DNA from: Paraspadella gotoi | Taxonomy: Eukaryota; Animalia; Chaetognatha | DNA: 13,812 nucleotides | Direction of reading: 5' to 3' | Assembly (NCBI GenBank): GCA_051294375.1 | Contig: JBJCIZ010000388.1 | Coordinates: 1-13,812, forward strand | Part shown: positions 1 through 9,431 of the stretch, piece by piece | Layout of the letters: each line of letters starts with the position of its first letter | Numbering within the stretch: the first letter of the stretch is position 1 | Made by a program: the position numbers and the translations under genes | Notes under the pieces: model-generated | Seen by the model: the letters and a program-made list of their open reading frames with translations, nothing else | Database searches by the model: none | Told to the model about the DNA's origin: nothing

Positions 1-338
1 AAGGGCCCCATGTCATCATTGCAATGGCTCTCTCATAGGAATTCAATGGAAGCATTTGACAATATGGGCAGCAGATGGATCTCTCTCTTTCTCTCTCTCA
101 CTTTCTTTTTCTTTCTCTCTCCTTTCTTTCAAAGGCACCGGAAATAGACGGGAGTAAAGAAGAGAAATTAGGCAACATAATAGTCGGAGGCATGGCGAAA
201 GGAGAAGGCTCGTAAATAGAAGGATTTAAAAATAGAAAAGTCAATCTTCAATGAGTTTTTTTTGTGTGTGAGTGAAACTGATTTAATCAATCGTCTGTGT
301 GGGTGTGAGGAAGAGTAGGATCTTTGAGAATCGATGGC

Positions 339-668
339 GAAGAAGACGAGATGGAAGATGAGGAGGAGGATGAGGAGGAAGATCAGGAGGAGGATGAGGA
401 GGAAGTTGAAAATGATGAGTAGGAGGATGAGAAAGATGAGGAGAAAGATGAGAAGGATGAGGAGGAGGATGAGGAGGAAGATTAGAAAGATGAGGAGAAA
501 GATGAGAAGGAGGATGAGGAGGAAGTTGAAAATGTTGAGGAGGATGATGATGAGAGAGATGAGAAATATGAGGAGGAAGATGAGGAGGATGAAGAGTAGG
601 ATGAGAAAGATGAGGAGGAGGATGAGGAGGAAGATGAGAAAGATGAGGAGGAAGATGAGAAAAATGAG
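339..668. repeat. Compound trinucleotide repeat (GAG/GAT/GAA) with a 120-bp higher-order duplication
   Basis: Continuous GATGAGGAG/GAGAAAGAT units. The marker GAGGATGAGGAGGAAGTTGAAAATG recurs with GGAAGTTGAA at 401 and 521. This repeat accounts for the M/R/K-rich ORF (334-690) and the H/P-rich ORF (283-699). Confidence 0.9.
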
Positions 669-1074
669 AACGATTATTCGCCCACCTTAAAAGACACACA
701 CTCGCTATCCGTGGGGGAAAAAATACAGCATGAAAATATTATTAAGATATTATTCCAAATAACGAAAGCTACGAACATACATTTTTATAAAATTGATTAA
801 CTTTTTTCAATTCCCCGCTCGTTCAACCCCCCCCCCTTGGAGACAGATAAAAACGAGATTTTCATCATCGTCTGCAGTTGTCAAGGGTAAGTTTTCCTCT
901 CCATGACGACGAGCTAAATCGTTGTACTTACTCTCGCTCAAAAATCCCCGAATCATTTCAAGTCTCAACAATGACTTTTTTTTTGTGAGACTTTTTCTAC
1001 GACTTTCGTGAGACCCTTCTTTTTTCTATCACTTTTTTTTTCTTCGCGAAAGACGAAGATTGGGAAAAAAGTGA

Positions 1075-1160
1075 GCATGAGAGAGAGAGGAGCATGGAGG
1101 AGAGGAGACGAGAGAGAAGAGAGAGAGAGAGACGAGAGACGAGGCAGCAGCAGAGAGCGA
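1075..1160. repeat. Degenerate (GA)n microsatellite
   Basis: GAGAGAGAGG...GAGAGAGAGAGACGAGAGAC runs. Confidence 0.85.
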
Positions 1161-1262
1161 AACATGTGAAAAGAGGCGACATTTTATCCGTCGAGTACAC
1201 CTAAAGACCAGGATAAACAGTGTTAGTTGCTGAATAACGCGCCAAGTAAAACGACAGTTCTA

Positions 1263-1351
<89 letters not shown>

Positions 1352-1352
1352 A
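1263..1352. repeat. (CT)n microsatellite
   Basis: About 90 nt of near-perfect CT repeat, the source of the ER and SL poly-dipeptide ORFs. Confidence 0.97.
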
Positions 1353-1511
1353 CTCGGCAGAGAGGTTGTAAAGTCGGCCTCGCCAGCTGCCTCACAGTCA
1401 TTTATGCTGCGAGATCTCGATTGAAGCACGATAACGAAAGGCTAACTCATAAACCATTGGGCGGAACAGAGGGACGGAACGGAAATGCTCGGCTGGCCGG
1501 CGCGTGCGACA

Positions 1512-1905
1512 GCTGCGGGGTGGAGCATTTAAGGATAGCGCTGGAGTGGAACTGCTGGGGTGGCAGCATTAGGGGAGCGCTGGAGTGAATGCTTTGGGGT
1601 CGGCAGCATTAAAGGATAGCCGCATGTGAGTGGAATGCTGGTGGTGGAGCAATTAAGGGCGAGCGCTGGAGCTGAATGCTGGGGTGGAGCAATAAGGGGC
1701 AAGCGCCTGGAGTGGAATGCTGGCGTGGAAAGAAATTAAGGGGAGCGCATGGGTGAGAATTGCTGGCGGTGGAGCATTAAAGGTGCGACGAGCTAAAATG
1801 CGAATTTCTGGCCGGGTTGAACATTAAGGTAGGCAGCGCTGAGTGAAAGATTGGCATTGGCATTAAGGGAGAAGCCAGAGCGTGGAATGCTGTGCATAAA
1901 GGCGC
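1512..1905. repeat. Minisatellite, ~38-45 bp unit, about 9-10 degenerate copies
   Basis: Consensus approximately GCTGGGGTGGAGCATTAAGGGGAGCGCTGGAGTGGAAT. Units start near 1512, 1554, 1591, 1637, 1678, 1719, 1762, 1808, 1850 and 1889, and differ mainly by small insertions. Confidence 0.92.
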
Positions 1906-2051
1906 AGACCGCCGTAAAATCCCCCTTGGTTTGCAAGCATTGTAAGAAGCCATCTGCTGATTGACTACATGCTAGTGAATATTAACAATGGTGACGGGCC
2001 CCAAATTCACCACCCAAGATTCCCCCGTTCATAAACGACACTATGCTCAGT

Positions 2052-2135
2052 TTGTGCCACCGCAAGAATGTTCTATGTCTCTCATGGCTTATTCCAATCA
2101 CCACCATTGTGCCACCTTAGAATGTTTTATGGCTT
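2052..2135. repeat. Short imperfect direct repeat, two copies 55 bp apart
   Basis: TTGTGCCACCgcaAGAATGTTcTATG at 2052 versus TTGTGCCACCttAGAATGTTtTATGG at 2107. Confidence 0.7.
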
Positions 2136-3376
2136 CGATCACAGTCCTTTCACGATTTTTCCGGGCAACGATGGACTGGAAGTCGCATATTTTTCGCACT
2201 TAATCTCTTTGTGGTCTTTTTAGTCTTTTAGTTGAGTCGCTAGGACTCATGGAGCAGCTCTATTTATTACTTGCGTCCTCCATCAGTTTGACTATCTCTT
2301 AATCGAGGTTTTATTTATATTTTAAATATTTTCTAATTAAGGTTACTCATTATGCAATACTAGTATTAGGGCAGAATGTGATAAAATGTTTTCATTTTCG
2401 CTGCGAGTCAGTATATCACCTAAAAATAGAATCACTGAATCCAAAAATAAATATGGCTATAATTTATGCATTAGTGCGGTATTGCGATTTTCAATAGTTA
2501 AGTAACTAACCATGAGATATTTTATGCATATATTTATTACTTATGAAGTTATATATCGATATAAGAAAGTTACATCACTATGAACTTGACGCTTCTTGTT
2601 TCTCTTCTTCCTTTTTCCTTTCGGTTCTCGTCACAAACGATTCCCTTTTGTCTCATTCTCACGATCGTTTTTCTATTCCTTCATTTTTCTTTTCAGTCCT
2701 TCGTCCCTATTTTTTTTTTTTTACTTTATTCTTTGTTTAATTCTTTTCATTGGGTGTTTTTCATTTCATTTCATTCATTTCTTCGATTTCCTTCCTTAAA
2801 TTCCTTATTACTTCCTTGATGTTTTCTTATCCTATACCTCTCAGTTTCAAAAGCTTAAAATAGCATAAAAAAGCAAATCTTCTATATATTTTCAATAAAC
2901 TCTGGAGAGCAAACTCGAGCCTCGAGCCCGGTAGCTCCTTCCACCGACGTCGCCCTCATTCTCACGTTCTCGCTTTCTCACTTGTTAACGTTTGCGTTGG
3001 TACTTTCCAAATTTTTCCTCTTCATGCGGCAAGACATACCTCTAAGGTCCTTTTTTGAGTATTGGAGTTAACGGGAAGTTAATGAAATAAACTGTGGGTG
3101 AGTCATGATTGAAAGTTTGCCTGGTTTTATCAAGTTATTATGTTGTAAATGGGACGCGGGACCAATTGAGGAGGCAGTAAATAATAATTAGTGAAAAGAA
3201 ATTTATTTCAAAGGTTGTACTCATTTTACTCGCTGAAATTCTAAAGAAGGTTAACTGACTAAATTTTTAAACTTATATAAAAGTCTTATAATATTCAATA
3301 ATTTTTTTTTCTTAAAATAAAGGCTAACAACTTTTAAAAAATTTTTATTTGATATACTTTAAAATACATTTATTAT

Positions 3377-3401
3377 NNNNNNNNNNNNNNNNNNNNNNNN
3401 N
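3377..3401. other. Assembly gap (25 N)
   Basis: Run of 25 n characters. Confidence 1.
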
Positions 3402-3744
3402 GTAGAATGCAGATTGACATCGCATCATCCTCAGGCGCGGGAGAGCAGAATGATGAACCTCACTGCTGGAGTCGAGTGGTTTACGTACAGTGCCCCTGCC
3501 TGAATCACACAATCCACCACCACCCCGGACCTTTCCAGCAGCCAAACCATTCGTCGTACCACCCTTTTAATTAGAACTTAGAATAAAAAAGCAAACGGTG
3601 AAAAGATAGATCGAACGAAGAATGAGAAAAAATGGTTTTTATGGCATCCATTATGTCCAGTCTCATATCCGTCCATCATTTATCACTGCCCTCATCTTGT
3701 GCGTTTTCTATTTTTTCCCGTTGATTTGGACCTTGTCATTATCA

Positions 3745-4085
3745 TCTCTTTTCTCCTATTTTTCTTCTTTGATTCACCTTGTCCCTCACGCTGTTATTCC
3801 TGCCTCTGTTCGGTACGATGTTCGTGTACCAGCTTCCTCAAAGTCGAACTATGAGTTCGCGCTCAGTTTCGTTCGACCTGTTCCTTCCCCCCCCCCAAAA
3901 AAAGGAGAAGAACATCTAGGCATCCCCGAATCGTAGTCGCGTCGGACGACTACTTAGCATATTCGACAGTCTATTAAATGAATATCAAACGAAATTAACC
4001 CATCGCTAAGTGACTCCGACATCCCAAATACTTGCTCTTAATCAAAACCTTGCAGCGTCTTTTTATTTATTACAAGGAAATAAGC
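3745..4085 (+). repeat. Direct repeat copy 1 (matches 13564-13812)
   Basis: Identical anchors: TCTCTTTTCTCCTATTTTTCTTCTTT (3745-3770 = 13564-13589), CTTAATCAAAACCTTGCAGCGTCTTTTT (4037-4064 = 13769-13796) and GAAATAAGC (4077-4085 = 13804-13812). Both copies share the C-run/A-run-GGAGA and TTTCGTTCGACC motifs. Weaker similarity may extend left to ~3503. Confidence 0.93.
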
Positions 4086-4169
4086 GTTGGGACCGAAGGC
4101 AAGTGAGAGTGTACGAAAGCACGACGATACAAATGCCATCGCTCAATCATCTCTCATCTCCTTGATTAG

Positions 4170-4258
4170 CATCTCTCTCTCTGACTCTCTAACGCTCTCG
4201 TGATAACTTCTTCTCTCCTCTCTCTCTCTCTCTCTCTCTCCTCTTCTTTCTTCTCTCT
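4170..4258. repeat. Degenerate (CT)n microsatellite
   Basis: CT-rich runs. Confidence 0.85.
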
Positions 4259-4750
4259 ACACTTTAATATCATATATGCTTTTATATCTCTTCTGTGCGG
4301 TGATGAAAAAAAAAACAACCATGCATCAGCTTTGACACAGGCTACAACTGATACTGATCCGAAGATATCATCTATTGGTGAGATCAAAGATAACATAAGA
4401 AGAAAAAAAAAGGAAGAAAAATCAAAAAAGAAAAAAAAAAGATTAAAATTAGAGAACTATAAAATAAACGAATTACAGAAAAACAAACCTAAGCGAAATC
4501 CGGCCTTGGCTACGATATATCCGGTTTAGGAAAAAGCGCGGTCGAAGGTTATGGAGCGAAGATGTTAGTTTATTTAGGATCAAATACCCCTCGGTCCCAG
4601 AGACGTTTGGTCCCCAACTTTCGGCTCCTCACGCGGGCCGTCGCAACCCGACTCGCAGCTCATTTAATTCGAACACCCTCTCGTGAACATACACTCTCTT
4701 ATGGTGTCTGTCAAGGAGTAGCATGCCCGCTAGTGCGTCATACAACTCAC

Positions 4751-4789
4751 CAGAGACGTAGATGGTATCTTCTCCCGACCAGAGGAGAT
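4751..4789 (-). CDS. Candidate 39-nt internal exon (ISSGREKIPSTSL in phase 0), product unknown
   Basis: On the minus strand: acceptor TCTCTCTACAG|, exon ATCTCCTCTGGT...TACGTCTCTG, consensus donor |GTGAGT (ACTCAC at 4745-4750). No protein family recognised. Confidence 0.35.
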
Positions 4790-4815
4790 CTGTAGAGAGA
4801 TCGAAATTGATCTCG

Positions 4816-4856
4816 ATCTCTCATCCTCTTCTCTCTCTACTCTCTCTCTCTCTCTC
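4816..4856. repeat. (CT)n microsatellite
   Basis: CT runs. Confidence 0.85.
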
Positions 4857-5012
4857 GACCCCTTTTAGCCCGTACTTGAGTCAGACCGACTGAGTCGACT
4901 AGATTGTTTTTCAGACTTGGAACCAAGAGATGGCATAAGAGTTCTGAGGTCTGTACGTAAAATTAGATTTTCACGACATCGATATTTGTAATCTCTTATG
5001 TGGCCCCGAGGG

Positions 5013-5880
5013 TGGAGAGGAGAGAGGAAGAGAAGAGAGAGAGAGAGGACGAAGGGTGAGGCTGAAGAGGAGAGAGCGAGGGAGGGCGAGGGAGGCAGGA
5101 GGAGGGGAAGCTAAGGGGGAAATCGGGGAATGAAGAGCGGTGACGGCTGGGGAGAGGGGAGGGGGAGACATCGCGTATCGTAGGACGGCAGGCGGAAAAA
5201 AGGAAACGGGGGGACGTGCATACGGCCGTAAGGGCTGGAGGTGAGAGGGGGGAAATAATGATCGAGGAGCCGACAAGTGTGAGCCGGAGTTCGCTGCAAG
5301 AGCAGAAGGGCTGCGAGGGAGGTGCTGGGAGAGCGGGGGGGGGGTGTGAGGGGGCGGCGAGATGGTGAGGGGAGAGTGAGAGGAATGGAAGGAGAGGGAG
5401 ATAGGCGAGCGCGGAGCGCCTGGGAGGGCGGGTGAGAGGAGGGGCAGGGGAAGGGCGGGCAGGTGGAAGGTGGAGAGACGACGGGGGGGAGGATAGATGT
5501 GCGGAGGGCGGTGGGAGTGGACGGGAAGAGACGGAGCCGGAGAACGGGAGCGGACGTGGGCGCAGAGCGAGAGACGGCGGAGAGGGGGTGCGGGAGACTG
5601 GCCCGCGAGGGAGAAGGAGACGGAGGGGACGAGATAAGAGGAGGTGGATGGCAGGGAGGGGAGTGAGGAGGATTGGGGGAAGGAAGAGGGGCAAGGGGGG
5701 GGTGTGACGCGGGAAGGGGGAGGAGGTGCCGGGAGAGCGAGAGAGGAGGCTGACGTTGAGGTGTGGGGAGTGAGGGTGGATACGAGGAGAATTGAGGATG
5801 TTCGGACGAGAGGATGAAGAGAGAGAGAGAGAGGGATAGGAGAGGGACCAAACGTCCACTGGGTGGAAGGGAGGGGGGGG
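5013..5880. repeat. Long G/A-rich low-complexity tract (degenerate GGA/GGGA/GA repeats)
   Basis: About 870 nt of strongly purine-biased + strand with many G-runs. The P/S/L-rich minus-strand ORFs in all three frames are a compositional by-product. Confidence 0.85.
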
Positions 5881-5935
5881 AACAGGCGAGCCGCTAGAAC
5901 CGGCCGTTCTAGATGCACGGGCTACCGGGACTCAC

Positions 5936-5981
5936 TTCAAGCCGCCACGCTACTTCTTGTCCTTCATTCCGCTTTTCACCT
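5936..5981 (-). CDS. Candidate 46-nt internal exon (x-GEKRNEGQEVAWRLE), product unknown
   Basis: On the minus strand: long pyrimidine tract and ...CCCTCAG| acceptor (CTG at 5982-5984), donor |GTGAGT (ACTCAC at 5930-5935). One reading frame is open. Confidence 0.35.
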
Positions 5982-6088
5982 CTGAGGGTTGTGGCAGAGG
6001 GTCGAGAAGCGGAAGAGAGGAGTGAGGAAAGGAGAAGAGAGGGAGAAGATCTCGAGCGGAGAGAGAAGTAGAGAGAGAGAAGAGAGAC

Positions 6089-6220
6089 CTGATTGGCGAG
6101 CTCTGCCGCAGAGAGGCGCGCCCTGGCCGCCCCCCGGGTGGATCCAGACCGCGATACCGAGACGAGAACGCCCTGATGAGTTTGTCGAACGACGGATCCT
6201 CGGCGTGCTTCTCCCAGAAC
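6089..6220 (-). CDS. Candidate exon (FWEKHAEDPSFDKLIRAFSSRYRGLDPPGGRPGRASLRQSSPI), product unknown; 5' boundary uncertain
   Basis: GC-rich unique island between two repeats, with an open, non-repetitive frame ending CAG|GT at 6089/6088 (weak donor GTCTCT). No convincing acceptor. Confidence 0.25.
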
Positions 6221-6234
6221 CTTTTTATAGGTTT

Positions 6235-6810
6235 GCTAACCCCCTCTTTCTATCTCTTCCAGGATCCTTTCCTACCGCTCCTCTAACCTCCTATCCATCC
6301 AGCGACCTTCCTATCGCTTCTTATCCTTCTAATCGCCTTCTAACCCTTCTCATTCCACATCCTAAATCCCTCGCTAATCACTTCCAGATCACTATCTAAT
6401 ATCCTTTTCTATCCCTTCATCCCTTCTACGTGCGCAAACACAAACCTTCCAGGAGTATCCTTCTATACATTCTATCATATTGTATCCCTTCTAAACCCTT
6501 CCATATCCTCTAAACCGCACCTCCTATTCTCCGGGATGCCTCTATCCTTTAGTGATCCTTTGCGTATACCTTTTCGGTATCCACTCTCTCGTATCCCTTT
6601 CGATTCTCCTTCTCTCATAATTCACTCAATCTAAAACACACCTCCTATGTTCCAGGGATCCTCTAATGAACAATTCTAATCTTCTTATCCAAATCTTCTA
6701 TCTCCTTCTACCCTTTTATAACCCTCGCCTATCTCTCAGGATCTTCTATTTCTTCTTTATCCGTCCTAATCCTTTCTATGCCCTGCTTAACCCTTCTATC
6801 CAGCATCCAA
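6235..6810. repeat. Degenerate C/T-rich satellite (TATCCTTCTA-like core with recurrent CCAGGATCC variants)
   Basis: Repeated (T)ATCCTTCTA/AACCCTTCT words. CCAGGATCC-like motifs occur near 6259, 6449, 6531, 6652, 6736 and 6800. Confidence 0.75.
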
Positions 6811-7269
6811 AGTATGAGAAAAAACATGATACTTTCCTCTGTCGAATATCTCTTCTATTGTGTGATCGGAAACGACAGGGTCTTTCGGTTTCCGTCGCCA
6901 TTCCGGTATCAGCGTAGTTCTGGGATATCCGCTACATCTTGCTTTTTCGCGCTCGATCAATTCCTTCCCAACACACTCTTTTTTCTTCTTGATCATCGTC
7001 GCACTGTTTAATATCTTTTTGCCATAGTCTCAGCTTTCAGTTATGTTTCATTTATGTTCCATGTTTTAAAATTATTTCTTTTTTTGTCCTCTGAAAAAAT
7101 CGTTTAATTTTTAATGAATACGCTAAGTGTTTCCTTAGCCATGATTTTCCTTCACTGTTCAGTCTTCCTCTCTCAAGTTCCTTTTCTCCCTGATATGCCC
7201 ACTGATTCCTCATATACCTATTTTTTTTAACAGTTTAGTCGCGAGCAGTTTAAACTTCCAATGCATGGG

Positions 7270-7372
7270 TTTCTTCTCTCTCTCTTTTTCTTCTACGTCA
7301 TCTCTCTCTCTCTACAAAATCTCTCTCCTCTCGTCTCTCTCTTTCTCTCTCGTACTCTCGTCTATCTCTTTC
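7270..7372. repeat. Degenerate (CT)n microsatellite
   Basis: CT runs interrupted by single-base insertions. Confidence 0.8.
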
Positions 7373-8028
7373 CAAACAACAGACAAACCCAGACACGGCG
7401 GGCGCAGCGGTCTCACACTTGTCCCAATCGATTTTCCGGGAGCGAATATAATGTATAAAGAAAAAAAGAAGAAAAAAAATTACACCACTGCTCATTAAAT
7501 GACAAATTCAGGCACAAAAGATGGCTGTGCGTGTATTTGCCCCACAAAACATGACGGACATGCTGAAGAGAATAGGGACCCATAATCCTTTCAAAAGCGA
7601 AGCTCTCGTCACCCATTTATCTTTTAATTTTTTTTCTGTTAATTATTTTTTTACTTCTTCACATCTTTATATCTTAATTCATCCTTAGTTTGCTTCATCC
7701 TCCTTATCTGCCTTTATTTTCTTCATTTATATTATTCCTATTTAATTCTTGTCAGAATTTCTCCTCATTTCTGTTAATTATCTTTTTGTTTATTTTTTTA
7801 GATCACCAATTTGTTAGAAAAATGGTCTGTTTTGAAGGATCTTTATTTGACGTCTTTTTTTGCTATAGTAGGTTCTATTTCCGCCCGTTTGGGGTATTGG
7901 CATGGAATGGATCCCATTTTTGTTTCAATTTTTCGCTTATTATGTTTATTCTAATTTCTTTCATAATATTTTGCTCATCCTTTCTCGAGTATCACCTTCA
8001 ATCATAAAGATTTCCAAATATCTCCATG

Positions 8029-8135
8029 TTTTTTTTTTTTTTTTTTTTAATATTTTTTTTTTTTATTTTTTTTTTTTTTATTATTTTTTTTTTTTTTTTT
8101 TTTCTTTTTTTTTTTTTTTTGATTATTTATTTTTA
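8029..8135. repeat. Poly-T / (TnA) tract
   Basis: About 100 nt almost entirely T with sparse A. Confidence 0.95.
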
Positions 8136-8139
8136 TTTC

Positions 8140-8402
8140 TTACCTTTCTGACTTTACTTTTCTCTCTTCGCCATACTCCTCTTCTTCTCTCTCTTCTCCT
8201 CTTCTCTCTCTTTCCTCTCTCTTTTTTCTCTCTCTCTCTCTTTCACTTTCTCTCTCTCTCCTCTTTTTTTCTCTCTCTCCTGTCTGTCTCTTTCTCTCTC
8301 TAGTCTGTCTGTTCTGTTCTGTCTGTCTGTCTGTCTCTCTCTTCTTTTTCTTCTTTCTTCTCTCTTCTTTCTCTCTCTCTTCTCTTCTCTCTCTCTTTTT
8401 CT
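8140..8402. repeat. Compound (CT)n/(CTT)n/(GTCT)n microsatellite
   Basis: Pyrimidine tract with GTCT units at ~8281-8336. Confidence 0.93.
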
Positions 8403-9179
8403 CATTTGGAGTGATCTGATCTCTAATTTGTCGCAGTCTCTTGTCTCTATTCTCTCCCCCCTCCACCCCCCTGCCACTTTTTCGAGCCTTCGTGCGTGAG
8501 ATATGTAGATTGAAGCAGTATATAATCAGGAATTTCTTCTTCGCCGTCCTACTGCTCATATAACTGTACGTAATTTTAAGTACGAAACGACCTTTTTGGT
8601 TTTTCTGTGTTTTCCTTCAGATGGCGGAAGGCCTCTCGATGGCTTCATTGCAGAACCGATTCACGTCGCTGTGGCCTTCCGTTGTTGGAACTATCCGAGA
8701 TCGTTATACTCGATATGCGGCATGCGGCGCTGTGGGCATGTTGCTCGACGGAAAAGATTATATCATTTGCGATCCTGGTCGGGATAAGATGGTTCACTGT
8801 TAGAAGGGTTAAGCTGTGTTTCGTTTTTAATTAGTTGTCAAGGAATCATTGGACTGAAGTCAGATGTGCTCTCGTTGTGAATGAGAATAGTGAGCAGATG
8901 ACTTGATACTCCAAAAATCCCGTCTCATTCCAAATGCGTTTTTGTCTCTCGCTGCCGCCCCAGTGACTTCTTTCATTGTCTTCAATTATATTCGTATGTA
9001 TGACGCTAGTACGCGCTATCGGCAGAACTAAAAAAACATCTAGTAACCGAGGAACAATAATTATGTTTATCATTAACCTCTACGTGGAATTGAATGAAAG
9101 TAAAGACTAAAGTAAAGAAGAAAAATGAGCAAAAATTGATATGTGGAATTCTGTGCTAATCTTCTATTTATTTTTTTGT

Positions 9180-9290
9180 ACGTCTGTCGTCGTTATTCTT
9201 TCCTCGTCGTTCGTCGTCTGATGTTCGTTCTGTTCGTTCGTTGCGTAGTCAGTCGTTTTCTAGTCGAATCTCTGTGTCAGTCGTTTCTTT
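9180..9290. repeat. Degenerate (TCG)n/(TTCG)n repeat
   Basis: CGTCTGTCGTCGTT...GTTCGTTCTGTTCGTTCGTT. Confidence 0.65.
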
Positions 9291-9431
9291 CATAAAATAT
9301 TAGCTCAATAAAGACAGATCGTCTACTCGTCGTCGCTATCAGCGATCTGCATTCCGCGACGTATTATCCTGCCGAAGATTTCCCTCTCATCGTTCACTCT
9401 CGTCTCAATCCCGGTTCCCCTTCCGGCCTCT

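Noticed and set aside
283-699. His/Pro-rich 138-aa ORF on the minus strand
   Set aside because: Antisense translation of the GAG/GAT triplet repeat.
1201-1429. ER- and SL-repeat ORFs (also 4166-4529 and 7902-8559)
   Set aside because: Translations of (CT/GA)n and poly-T microsatellites.
1512-1905. CRISPR-like array (regularly spaced palindromic repeats)
   Set aside because: The units are contiguous and the intervening sequence is itself repeated, so there are no unique spacers. No cas genes are present and the context is eukaryotic.
4971-5918. Long Pro/Ser/Leu-rich ORFs (315, 287 and 246 aa)
   Set aside because: All three minus frames are open because the strand is C/T-rich and cannot readily form stop codons; no domain signal.
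6115-6145. Polylinker-like cluster (GGCGCGCC, CCCGGG, GGATCC)
   Set aside because: The order and spacing do not match a cloning site I recognise, there is no vector backbone nearby, and such sites are expected in GC-rich DNA.
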